A stretch of DNA of 63,444 nt, the filler included, from Reticulomyxa filosa (Eukaryota; Protista; Foraminifera): the NCBI GenBank assembly GCA_000512085.1. It is 21 parts of 21 records of this genome, joined end to end, with 100 filler letters (N's around TTAATTAATTAA, not from the genome) between each part and the next. Parts side by side here need not be neighbours in the genome. Positions count along the whole stretch, not along the records: positions 31,101 to 39,344 come from ASPP01010304.1; positions 39,445 to 42,156 come from ASPP01006453.1; positions 42,257 to 48,042 come from ASPP01034884.1; positions 48,143 to 54,141 come from ASPP01014817.1; 17 more parts are not named here. One strand, 5' to 3'. Of this stretch, positions 35,331-48,189 are shown piece after piece (within the stretch, counting starts at the first letter, position 1; each line of letters begins with the position of its first letter). The position numbers were made by a program, and so were the translations under genes. The notes beneath the pieces were generated by a model that was not told where the DNA came from, made no database searches, and worked only from the letters and a program-made list of their open reading frames with translations.

Positions 35331-36677
35331 ATGAAAGTGACGGGGAAAAAAAGTGAATCACAACAGAGTTTGGACCTCGGCAGATAGTATAAAATTTGAA
35401 TTTGTACCGTTTGATGTGTCAGTTACATCTTGTGCTTTTTAAATGCATACACAAGAGGAAAAATATTAGTGCAAAATTAACAATAAAAAAAAGTACAAAC
35501 GAAAGAATGAAGTGTGCTTAGTTCCTTGTTAAAAGATAATCAATTTAATATTCTCCTTTTTAAAGCTTTGCTTATTTTGTAAACTTTGTCGTTCTCAGAT
35601 TTGGATAGCATTACTATCCTTTGAATCACTTCCTGATTTGTTCCATAATTTTACTGTTTCGTTATATCGTATGACATAACAAACTGACCATCTGAACGTC
35701 TTCCACCGCCTTCACAGTATCTAAATGTATATAACGTGAAATTATTTTCCTGGCCACAAATTTCATATTCGAATTATGTCATTACAAAAAAGCTATGCAA
35801 CAAAGCATGCATCCATCGATGAAAATATTACTTTTTATTACCCTAATTTGCGATATTTCGCTTAATTTCAATATATAGAATTAATAAGTTCAATGTGGTC
35901 CTTTGCTTTTGATATCTTTTTGAAATTTTATTTTTTATGACATGCTTTGTCAATTTGTTACAATGATTTCATTTGTTATTATTCTGTCATGCAAAATATG
36001 TTATCACAAAACTAAAAATCAATTTTTTTGAACGATCAAACGAATTTGTAAGAATAAGTATTTTGTAAAATCCAAAAAAAAGAATTGTAACGAATGTACA
36101 ATGAAAATAATATAATTTAATCTATAAGATGACACTCTATGAATTAAAAAAAAACAATAATATAAATGGAATACACTTGACTTTGGAAATAATTGATTCT
36201 ATTTACACGTAATAAACTTAATTGAAAAGTAATTATATATACTGGCCCAATCACATGAATCAAACTTTTTATAATATTTTTTAAAGAGCTTTATCATATT
36301 TGAAGTTGAAAAACTTGTCAGTTTTGCATGCAAAATTATGTTAAATTTGATTTTAAAACTTGTAAAATTCAAAGACTGGATCTGTCTATCAACTCATTCC
36401 AAGAAAAAATTTTGTGCAAGTTTTTTCAGCCTATACAAAAATTGAATAAATGGACAACTTGTTGGGTTCTCCGTTATCTTCAGAGGACGGCCAGTATGAC
36501 TTTAGAACACTGTATCACAGTTTCAGTTATATATTATCAAAGAGATGTTTTATAATAATGAACAAGGTTGCTAGAATCAAAGTTTAAATTCATGTCGTTT
36601 CAAACAATATTAGACGATGGTGAAATTGAGTTTAGTTTTTTAGTATGAAATTACAATTTTGAACACTTTTTTTTTTG

Positions 36678-37745
36678 TTATTTCCAAATACGAATTGTTG
36701 TATCACTTCCACAAGATGTAATTATTTTACCATTTAATGAAATATCAATTCCCAACACACGATTAACATGTCCTCGTAATGTATGCGTTTCTTGTTCTGA
36801 TTTTACATCCCATAATTTGACTGTTCTGTCCCATGAACAAGATACAATAGTTTGGCCATTTGGAAAATAGTCAACTTCTCTTACAATATTTGAATGCCCT
36901 TCAAATTTTTTCACTTCTTTTCCTAATGTAATATCCCATATTCGTATTGTTTTATCTGCTGAGCAAGATACGACAAATTGTCCATCTGGCGAAAATTTTG
37001 CACGTATCACATAACTTAAATGTCCATTGAATACTTTCAATTGTTTACCAGATTTTACATCCCATAGAGCAATTGTTTGATCATTAGATGATGATACAAT
37101 CATTTGGCCATCTGGCGAGAATTGTGCATCCCTTACGCTATCTGAATGCCCCACAAAGTTTTGAATCTCTATTCCAGATTTTACATTCCATAATCGTATT
37201 GTTTTGTCCGATGAACATGATACAATATTTTCTCCGTTTGGAGAAAAGCTTACATTCAACACTGAGCTTAAATGTCCTTTCAACTTTTTCAATTTTTTTC
37301 CTTGACTTTACATCCCACAATCGTATTGTTTTGTCCTCTGAACATGAAACAACACTATTTCCATCTGGTGAAAATTTTGCAGCATAAATAAGGCTAGAAT
37401 GTCCATTGAAACTTTGGATTTGTTGTCCCGATTCAACACTCCATATTCGAATTGTTCCATCCCCCGAAGTCGAAACAATCTTGCAAGCATCCGGAGCAAA
37501 TTTTACGCAGTATACTTCAGCGTCATGTCCTTGTAAAATTTTTAACACTTTGAAATATTTAGCCTATTATTATTAGCCCCGTTTATGAACATTTGATTTA
37601 ACCGCAAAAAAAAAAAGGTAAAAAATAAAAAAAAATAACTAACTTAACATATTCTATAATAATTTTGTTAAAATCATGGATCCATCCCAATTTAATATTC
37701 AAAAATCGAAGCCAATTTTGAATTATTACATTTATTTCGTTTTCT
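36678..37745 (-). CDS. WD40-repeat protein of the lineage-expanded family; frameshift in a homopolymer near 37295
   Basis: Exon EINVIIQNWLRFLNIKLGWIHDFNK, then seven WD40 repeats split between ORFs 37138-37548 and 36678-37292. Confidence 0.9.
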
Positions 37746-38660
37746 GGAGTTTTTTTGGTGGTCTGTTCAAAAATATCTTTATTTTGAATAAGCTAACAAG
37801 TCTTTTTTATATACGTCGAATGAAACTTACCGAATACATTTTCTACTGCTGCTTAAGACAAACAAAGAACAGCTAAACTGGATTATTTCAAACATAAACT
37901 GAATTTTGGAATCTCCTTACTCCAGAAAAACTGATATGCAAACTTACGTTTATTTTCAAAACAAACTGCAAATTAGATTTGAGCTTTTTAAAAAAGAAAT
38001 ATTTTTTGTGAATAACCACAATAGTAACAAATAATATCGCAAACGAAGAAAATCTTATTTATTAAACTTTCTTTTTTCAATGAGAAAACTTACAAGTTTT
38101 TTCTTTCATCGCTCAAAGAAAAGAGTATTTTATAAATCCATTTTCATATTTGATATTATGTGTTTTTGTTTTTATTATAACAAAAGATTTGAAAGTCGAA
38201 TTGCAAGCTATTTTTTCAAATAATTGTGAGTATCTCCATCATACATTGCGTTCAAAATAGCACACTTAAAATAATTTTTTTCATCGTAAATCGTACGCCA
38301 AGATAATATAGAATTGTACCTGTTTGTTGACATTCTAAAAAAAGCGCAATTACATCTTAATAGAGATTTTTGAATCGAGAAAGTGCCATAATGAATCGGA
38401 ACATCCATACCTTTGAAATTGTAAGAAATATATTAGGTAATTTGTTTTAGTCTTTATTTCCCTTTTTTAAATTAATCAAAAACGTTACACTGTTTTGTTA
38501 ATATTGTTATAATTTTTCTCGTGTGTGAAAATGTCACAACAGTTCAACTTTGTAAATGTGTTATTTTGAACACTCAACTAAAACATGTGTTACAGTAAAA
38601 ACGAAAGTTCAGTTGTGCAGGGCTTTACAAAAAAAAAAAAAAAAAAAAGGGAATAAATAA

Positions 38661-39265
38661 ATGAAATTAGCAAGGGTATTATGTAAACCCCACTCGACTC
38701 TTTCCTCTCCAGAAAAAAACGCCGTAGTTCTTTCCCTTGGCTTTTTTTTTGTGTTTGCTGGGTTCAACAGTGCACAATTCTTTGCGACAAGTAAGAAAGA
38801 TGCGAAAATGGGTAGTTTTTCATTGTTTGTATTGTATTTAACATTTACGATATCGAGCATGTTGGTATCTCCAATAACTGAGCGCGTGCAAGCAAAGTAT
38901 GCGTTATTTTTTTCATCATTGACGTACGGTTTCTATGTGGTGAGTAACATTGACACGATATTTCCATCGTACGTGGTGATGATTGCGGCGTTCATCGAGG
39001 GGATAGGCGCAGCAGTGCTGTGGATAGTGGAGCAGCGGCTGATTACCAACTTGGGCCACGAGTACGAGCAGCTGTACGGATACGAGCAGAACTCGCAACT
39101 GGGGTATATCAACGGAATTTTTTTCACAGGATTCCAATTCAACAAATGCATTGGAAATTTGATTGCCGCGTTAATCTTTCAATTCCACCGTTCCACGGAC
39201 TTTATGTATTCCTTCATGTCGGTCGTTGTATTGCTCGGATGTTGCATTTTTTTACTCCTTCAGTT
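38661..39265 (+). CDS. UNC-93-like / MFSD11-type MFS membrane protein (partial)
   Basis: NAVVLSLGFFFVFAGFNSAQ, GSFSLFVLY, GIGAAVLW and GIFFTGFQ...GNLI. Confidence 0.85.
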
Positions 39266-39444
39266 TGTCCATTTACATTTGTATAATTATCTGGAATAAA
39301 TATGTATATGTATGTACATATAAATATATATATGTACATATATANNNNNNNNNNNNNNNNNNNNNNNNNNNNNNNNNNNNNNNNNNNNTTAATTAATTAA
39401 NNNNNNNNNNNNNNNNNNNNNNNNNNNNNNNNNNNNNNNNNNNN

Positions 39445-39709
39445 TTAGGATCATTCTCAACTTCGATATAGCCACACTCGTTTTTATTTTCACAAAGCGC
39501 TGCTACTGCAACAAGGCGATCTCGAGGATTTTGTATTGCCACTGCCTATACAACACAGAACAAGAACAAAAAAAAAAACAAAAAGAGGACATTTTATTTT
39601 TATCGACGCCGCATTTCGCAGACGACTTCTCATAACGTTCACTTGTTTGCAACCGTATCAGTTCCCTTCGGTTCCTCCTCCCTCTTCTTCGAATGTTTGA
39701 AATTTCCAC

Positions 39710-39740
<31 letters not shown>

Positions 39741-40506
39741 CTCAACTCTTTTGAATGCGCTGTCGTTTTGATTGGCCAACAATCGAGAACAATGATGGCA
39801 CACACATCGCAGCACACGCAGTACTACTGATAGAAACCCAACGTGGTAACATGGTCTCGCCAACTCCATGTCTTTATTGTTTGTTAGTATGATCATCGCC
39901 ATTGTCCCATTGTAGTCGTTGTCATTATTGTAGTTCATTGATAGGATTCCAAAACAAACAAACAAACAAACAAAAAATGGCTTCAGCTGGGATAGTCCAT
40001 TGTTTAATTATTTATTTGTCCTTTTGAAATGAATAGACTATCTCGCTTAACAGCCAAAATGTCCCGGACATGTTTCACGAGTTCCACTACAAGTTTTGCA
40101 CCGGTAATGACGATCAACGGTGCCAAGTCGCTACGCGATCCTATTTTTTTTTTTTTTTTTTTTGTAGCAAAGTTACTTATTTGAAAAACACAATTAAAAA
40201 AAAAAATCAAACTGGATCCATTAGGCCATTCTATTTGTTAAGTGCATACATATACACACAAGACACGTGACAATAGTTTACGTTGAAATGTGTGCACTTA
40301 TTTCAATTTTGCTGACAAGAAGCAAACAATGCAGAGGATAAATTTTTTCTCTACGCAAAATAAACTTCTTTGGGCATGTTGTTTTCAAAAGACTGAGGAC
40401 TTGTTATTTCGCACACACTCATTTGACGAATTTCTGAAGGAGAGAGCACGCCAAATTGGACGCGCTTTATTTTGCGGACTTCCGCCGGAGAAAACTCAAA
40501 TGCCAT
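39445..40506 (-). CDS. RPB1: RNA polymerase II largest subunit, 5' exons (partial)
   Basis: [31 protein letters not shown] (40506-40366), NGLMDP (40230-40213), [26 protein letters not shown] (40130-40052), [14 protein letters not shown]...[12 protein letters not shown]. Confidence 0.9.
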
Positions 40507-40992
40507 ATTTGCACAATATGTATTTTGTTGAAAGGGTAATCACTTGTCCGAAAGTGAACGAATAGTTGTCCACGTTTCGGTGGGTAAAGTTCCAAAACGT
40601 TCAAAAATTTTTTGCAATAAGATACATCGAATACTGTTATTGATGTTAAAAATTTCTCACTCTTTTGTACAAATAAAAGTTGGGCAGAGATTCAAATTTG
40701 AAAATATTTGTATTTTATCTTTCAATTTATATGGTAAATTGGTTTTAACGAAAAAGAGAGCAAATTGCGTTACAACCATCCAAAAAAAAAACTAAAAAAG
40801 GAAAAAAAATGAAATGTTAGGCAAATACAATTTGCCAAAGATATATGAAAAGAACTTGGAATTTGTGAGTAAAATTGTGCAAGAATGTAAAATACTTTCG
40901 GAGTTAAAAAAAGAAGCACAAATTACAAATCTCCGATTTTTGTTGTTGAGTTTTGCTTTATTATTATTGTTATTTTTTTTTTGCGTTTCAAG

Positions 40993-42118
40993 TTATTTTA
41001 TTTCAATTGCGGTGGATTTCGTGTTCGTAACTTCTTTATACTTGACTCGGTTGAATCTCAAGAAAAGATAGGCAATAAAGTGGAACCCGCAAAACAAGAG
41101 TGCCAAGTTTCTCAATGGAAATGAGACGTCATGACCATCAAACGACAGGAGTTTCAATTGCTAAATCAATGATAAGTGAATAAAAAGACATTTCAAGTTT
41201 TGTTTGGATAAAGCAACTAGTTGTGTTTTGAAATAAAGAAATAATAATAATAATAATAAAAACAACGTAACATCTTCTCCGGTTGCAATACACGTAGTAT
41301 CCTCGGAGGAGCAATGAAAAGTAGCGCCTTTAAATTCGTTGATGCAAAAGACAGTAAGCCCATCGAATAGAACTAAAGTTTTGAAGCCAACTCAGCCAAA
41401 CGGGTAAATTTTTGATGTTGATGTAAAAACCACCAAACAGGACCATGAGGATATTAAAAGGGGGGCCCATGGCATTGGCTGCGTCCACGTTGGGCGCAAC
41501 TGCCGCAACCATGTAACCCAATGCCATGGCAGTGAATGAGGTCATGACCATGGTGATGACGAATATTAAAAAGCGTTCGGGATGTGGATTGAGATTGACT
41601 ATCCAATACACAATGGAAGAATAAATGATGGGATAGACGACATCCACGGGCACCGCTGTAAAAAATTTGGTCAAATAATATGCTAATATGTGATAACTTT
41701 TGGCCTATTTTTATTTATTTATTTTTTTTTTTATTCTTTTTTTTTTTTAAAAAAAAAATACTTGCCTGCCTTTCTCTCATAACAATGGCCTTTTCGACAG
41801 TAAATGCATTGACCACTCCAATCATCCCACTAAACGATTGGTTGATTGAAACAAAGAATAAGATTCCCACTCTGTCTTGAATCGACTTTTGTCCGTAATT
41901 GGTATTGCTGTAAACTGCCGACAAAAATAAACTGAAGAATAACGCCATAAACAAGCGAACACTGAGCGTAAATTTATTTCGATACACCTGTCGAATGTTT
42001 CGAAGTGATAACACCTCCAACTGCGTCAAAAAGCTTGATCGTACTGTTTTAATGTCTTCGAGTTGTTCCAATATTTTCTCATCTACTGGTTCATTGTTAT
42101 CGTCGTCCGTTTTCGTCT
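40993..42118 (-). CDS. ABCG (White-like) transporter, membrane domain, 3' exons
   Basis: SFLTQLEVLSLRN, SIQDRVGILFF, EKAIVMRERQ, LFGGFYINIKNLPVWLSWLQNFSSIRWAY. Confidence 0.92.
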
Positions 42119-44093
42119 ATACATATATATACATATAATTTTGCATATAAATATAANNNNNNNNNNNNNNNNNNNNNNNNNNNNNNNNNNNNNNNNNNNN
42201 TTAATTAATTAANNNNNNNNNNNNNNNNNNNNNNNNNNNNNNNNNNNNNNNNNNNNTGATAAGTTTTTCCTAGATTGATGAAAAATATGATTTTTTCAAT
42301 TGGATTTAGGTCTGTTGAATTAGAAGGAAAATTTATCAATGTATTATTTTCTTAAACTAATACATTATTTCTTCAACTTTGTGACATAATGAATCTTCTG
42401 ACCAGATTCAGCTTTTCTTTTTATGGTTCCATTATACTTATATGACGATAGCCAAAATCGAAGCTATACTTATATTAAATTTATTTGCTACAAATCGAAT
42501 GCTAGCATCAATGACTATCATACTAACATTAACTCTTTTCTTAAAAGGAATTAAATGTTTTAATATTTTAAATATCAAATTTTGAAATACAAATTAAAAA
42601 TATCAACAATAAAGAAAATTAGCAAAAAAAAAATTTTAATATTTAAAAACTACAAGATTAGTATATATTTTTTTTAAAAAAAATTAAGTTTAAATCTTTA
42701 TTTTTCATGGAGAAAATCGATTCTATTCACATAGTGCACTTTAGGTATGTCAGTTTTTTTTCAATTTACTGTAAAAAGACAAAACAGAATTCGATATCAC
42801 TTTTGTATGGACATTGCTACTATGAATCAAGACATAACATTTGTTGTAATTCATTTGCAGATTTACAAGTCACATAATAGTGACAACATTTTTTTGCGAT
42901 ATTCGTATAAACACCAAAGTTTCATCGTAAGTTTCTTGCTCGTTATGACATATCATTTGCACTTGCTTCGCTATCAATGTAAGTATCAACATACTATTTT
43001 TCAATGATTTTTCAATTCAGTTATTTCATTTTTTACTTTTTTTTTTTTAAAAATGTTCACATTCGTTCATAAAATACATATGCACAAATGATATAACTCA
43101 TGATTGATAAATCTTGCACAAGTAAAATTCATAGTATTGTCATTGTGTTGACACAATGGACATCGCACTATGCTTTCCTCAAATACCACATGCTTCGATG
43201 TGTCCGGCACATACAGTTCCACATTTGCTATTTCATGTCCATGACATTTAGTTTCACTATCGGGTAAGAATGTGTCAACAAATCAGGCGAGATTCGCGAA
43301 CGTATTCTAATCGCTTCAAAATCTGTTCCTTCGTTCATGATTCCAGACAACATAACTTAAATATGAAAAGTATTTGAAATTAGAGATTTATTCTATATTT
43401 TCTTATGTAGTTTTTTTCTTGATCACCTTTCCAAAAAAATAAAAAATTCAACGTAAGCACTCGTTGAAAGTTCGACTAATCAAAAAATCAATGCATTAAC
43501 AGGACACACTTTCAGCTTTGCTGACCGCATTTTTGTTTTAACATATTATTTGATCTGTTATTCATTCAATAATTGCTAAGTTTTTTAAATATCTTTCACA
43601 ACAGGACTAATAGAATAATGAATTTTACTATTACTATGTATGATATTTTGTAAATGCATTTTTTAAATCATGCATTTATAAACTCAATTTACAAATATAT
43701 TTCGATCGATAAACGCTAATAACATATTTTTATGTTATTTTAAAAAGTGTGTTGGAAGTGATGATTTTTGTATGGCCCAAATACTTATTTATATTTAAAA
43801 ATATAATATTATGTTTAGTGTTGAAGTATTGTTTCACAATGCAAGGTGATTTAATTTATATACTTATAATTTTTTATATATATTTATTGTTTTAATAAAA
43901 AAGGTATAATAAATATAGCTTCTTTGTACATGCACAACACTTTTTTAAAAATTTTTGCTAATATATTTTAATCTTTAGGCTGTTTCTTTATAAAAATGCC
44001 ATAAGATTTTTAATAACATAACGAATTGATGCGTTGAGACGCTAAAAACAGCAGTAACAGAAAGACAAAAGGAGTTTAAGAAAGAAAAAAAAA

Positions 44094-46513
44094 ATGTCAA
44101 TGATGAATAAACCTTTCAATTATGCAAATATTGTTCCCAACAAAGTGTATGCAGCTCGCCCTGATGGACAAGAAGATATTGTTCCAGAGATATCTGCAGG
44201 TGAAGATTTTTTCTCAAACGTTGCGTTGGTGTACGAATATCAAGAGCGTCACGGGATGATTCCAGACATAACTGAGCTGAGCACAATAGCAGAAGAAAAG
44301 CAAAATCAAAAAAACGCAGAAGAAGACACCGACAGTGTAACAGAAGAAATGGGTCGGATTGAAGAACCAGTATCATTGACGACGTCTCCGTTTGAAGAGG
44401 CCTCCAACAGCATCAAGTATGAATTGGTCACTGGCTAACATTTGAAGAAAAAAAAAAAATCACACATACGCAACTTCGCATAAAAACCAACAGTAAAGCA
44501 CGTTATCAATTGGATGAAATGGTGAAAATAATCGATTGGATAATTGGACGTCACATCACCGCCAAGCCAAAAGCAGCAAATAGCAACATTCCCAATCCAA
44601 CGAGTGACTTGTTGCCCACAAGTGATGTGTCTACCACAGAGTTGAATATTCGTTCCACAAAAGACCAGCTCCTTACTTACAAGCTTATCAAGCCTATTGT
44701 CTACCCATCCCCCACCAACTTTCAAATGCAAGGATTACTGCGACAAAAACAACAAGTTAATATATATGTATATATATGTATATAAATATTTATAACACAT
44801 ATTATATCTATTGTATGTGAATATACACATACATTTATATATATATGCATATTGTGTTTATTTCCAAATACGGAGGATCGTATTGCGTTGCCACAAATTC
44901 AAATACAATATATATATATATATTTTTTTGTATTTGTGTACATTATAAAAACGCACTCCAATCAACACTAACCCCAAAGCAAATGGTGGCTGTTTGTGAT
45001 ATATTTGAAGAAGGAATTCAGTCTCTTCAAAAATCACTACAAAGGTCTCGTAACTTTAATGACGACCTGTTGCAACTTAGTCGTCATTGGAGACTTCGAA
45101 CTGTCGAAATGCTGGTATTGATTGTTTATGTTATATTTAGATATGGGTATATAGTTATCCTCCATCTACTCGCTAGGTTTTGTTTTTTTGTTGTTTTTTT
45201 TTTAATACAATGTTTGTTGAAGAGAATGAATGAAATCCTCCCATCGGGACAATATCCTCGTAATGACATGGTGGTGGCCGACTACCGCATTAACAACCAT
45301 CGACGAAAAGGCTGGCATGGTATTGTTCCGATTGAATATGCGTCCAAGAGTGGACACGTGAAAGTTGTATCACCTGAAATTAAGTATATGCAATCAATCA
45401 TTGGCTTGTCCTCTGGATTCAATGGTGCAAGAATGACGAAGAACCATGAGCCCATGGTTTTGGGTTTAGGAGATGACGATGTAGAAAACGACAAAAAAAC
45501 AGAGTGGTTGTCTTCACAAATACTTGACGATTCAAAAGAATTACAAAATGACGAATGCGTGATTGGATGGAAAAATGTTTGCGAATGCTTGTATCATTTG
45601 CAAATTTTTCTTGTCTATGCTGAATTATTCCACCAAGTCATTGTTATTTATTTATTCTCAAATTCAACCGACTCTATCTTTCATTATTTATTTTATATTC
45701 GTCTTTTTTTCTTTTTTTTGAATGGGCAAAAACTAAAAGTGAGTGATGGATTTGTTGCAGCTGACCAAAGAATGTACAATCTGGAATGAACACATGACAC
45801 GTGGTATTCGTTGCAAATGTATTCAAGATGGCATTGTTGTACATACCCCTGGAATGAATGATTTTACTATTGCTTTTAAATCATCTTCTCTTTTTGTCGA
45901 TTCCAAAACTCAAGAGGAACAACAACATGAATCAGAGAATGAAGCGGAAACCTCAAGCAATAGCACTGATCATCCTAATCATCCTCCATCTGTTTCGTCT
46001 TCTCCAATTTTGCGTCATTGGAATAAAATATTAATTGAAGAGACTAATGGCAAGATGTTGGATGACCAATTTTCCCTTGATCTGGAAGAAAATATTTTGC
46101 GTAAGTTCTTATCTGGTAAATATCATGTCACCGAACAACGTATGGAAGAGGCTTTACTTGGACAAATAATCACTATCACAAATTATACCCGAATCAAATT
46201 AGCTGTCAAACAATCTTTGGTTACGTTTTGCAGTGCAAATCCTAATTTTACCGTTATTTGGGATGATAAAGCCAACAAAAAAAAAAGAAAGATTATTGTG
46301 GATATTCGACACCATGATGAATCATTGCTCAAAATGCAAATTGTTGGTATGGATTTGCACATTTGGAAATTTTTTAGCAAACGCAAACTTGCCAAAATTT
46401 ATAAAGGGATTCACAATAAATCTCAATCTTTTTCAGATGGAACGAGTAAACAAATTCAGTGTTGTAGCATTATTGAGTTTAATGGGTTACTTCAATCTTT
46501 AACGGCTAAATGA
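44094..46513 (+). CDS. MED17: Mediator subunit 17-like protein (multi-exon)
   Basis: VYAARPDGQEDIVP; DIFEEGIQSLQKSLQRSRNFNDDLLQLSRHWRLR; LQIFLVYAELFHQL..E. These resemble the MED17 motifs V.....DG.E, DF..ELL.LRQ.W.LR and AQ.....E.F.QL..EA, in the same order. Confidence 0.7.
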
Positions 46514-46889
46514 TTTTTATAATTAAAAAAAGGAAAATACGTTGAGGGGTGTTTGTGAACCCTTCATTTGGCATTTTTTAAACTGGATCTGATATTCAAT
46601 TCTCGACATTGGACGAATTTTTGCAATTTTAAATGCAAGTTCATATAGGGAGAGAAAAAAAATATTAATTGTATGTTGAAAAACTTTACAAAACAAACAA
46701 TGTCAAGTGAAAAAAAATTTATTTGGCACACGTGGCATACTGTTCACTCGAAAACATAATTACCGTTTATTATCCACGTTATGCCTTACAGCACGTAATA
46801 GAAAGCATTAACATAAAAAAAAAAAGCATATATGTAATCATGAATACAACGTTTACTTCAATGTTACAATAGAAATAGTTTGAACATCA

Positions 46890-47985
46890 TCAGTGGGTTG
46901 TGAAGCGCTTTGAGTTTCTGCCCATCGAATAAACGGCTTTTTTATCATCGCAGTTGTGATGAAGACAATGTAAACACAAACAAAGAAAAGTGAGATCTTC
47001 AACAATTGCAAAAATGAGATATATAATTTTTTTTTTTAAATGAAAAAACAAACCGCGGTCGCAAGAAAGCGCTGAAAAGGTTTTCTCATATTTTTGAATA
47101 CTGACAATAAGCATCCATCCAAAGCGTCTAGTATCGACAAAACCACTGTCTCTGGGAGAGCTTCATCAAAATTTTTGTTTTTGTTCTGATAATCCGACAT
47201 GGCTTTCTGCAGAGGAGAGATGGTCATATTTCCAGGAAAGAAAAAGATAGACAACGATCTCACGGCGTTTTGATAATTAATCCTTGTAGCCGTTCGACTC
47301 GAAGATTGTTTACGCTTAGTGGCAACATTCAAATGTAGCATTTTGTCTAGTTCAGTTTCTGCATCCTGAGGTTTTTCTTTCAGCTCATCTCTGTTGGGCA
47401 GAGCACGTGTTGTGGAAATCCTTGGAAGGTGTAATTTTGTGTAAGATACATTCGGATTGGCGGAGACTCCATTATTTTTTTCTGCATTAAACACTATTGA
47501 ACAAAAGATAGCCCAAAAACAGAGCCCAAACGTATATAATGAATGTATGTGTTTTGTTGTTACAAGCGCAAAAACATAGACATTTATATTATTAAAGCCA
47601 AAGCTAAGAGTACCATGTTGTAATTCTTCTTCCAAAGCTTCAGCAAAACGTGAGCGATGAGAAAAAGCCTCTTCACTACGAACGCTTTCTTGTCGGACTG
47701 AGGTGGGGTTGCCTTCATGTCTGGGGGATGCAGGATTGTCTTCCTGTCTGAGGGATACGCGCGGCAAAGGAGCGAAACTAACTGTTTTATTCGCATTTGC
47801 ATGTTGTGAAAGCGGCGCCATGTCCATAATAATGTCTGGGTTCATTTCAGGTCTGGACAGGGCATTTTCTCTCGTAGATATATCTTCAGTCTTTGTCATC
47901 CTATTTGCATCTGTCAGTACCTCTTGTTTATCCCCATCGGGCAGGGGCTCATTGTCGTACACGATTTCGACAGGGACTATACAAT
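46890..47985 (-). CDS. Hypothetical protein, 3' part, with a possible RGS-like C-terminal helix
   Basis: ILDALDGCLLSVFKNMRKPFQRFLAT resembles the RGS D.....I...M....F.RF motif. Confidence 0.45.
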
Positions 47986-48189
47986 TATAAAAAAAAAAAC
48001 AACAGTAAGCACATGAGTTTACACTTTTTTTTTTTTAAAAAANNNNNNNNNNNNNNNNNNNNNNNNNNNNNNNNNNNNNNNNNNNNTTAATTAATTAANN
48101 NNNNNNNNNNNNNNNNNNNNNNNNNNNNNNNNNNNNNNNNNNTATATATATATATATATGTACGTATGTATGTATGTATATGCTCGCAG

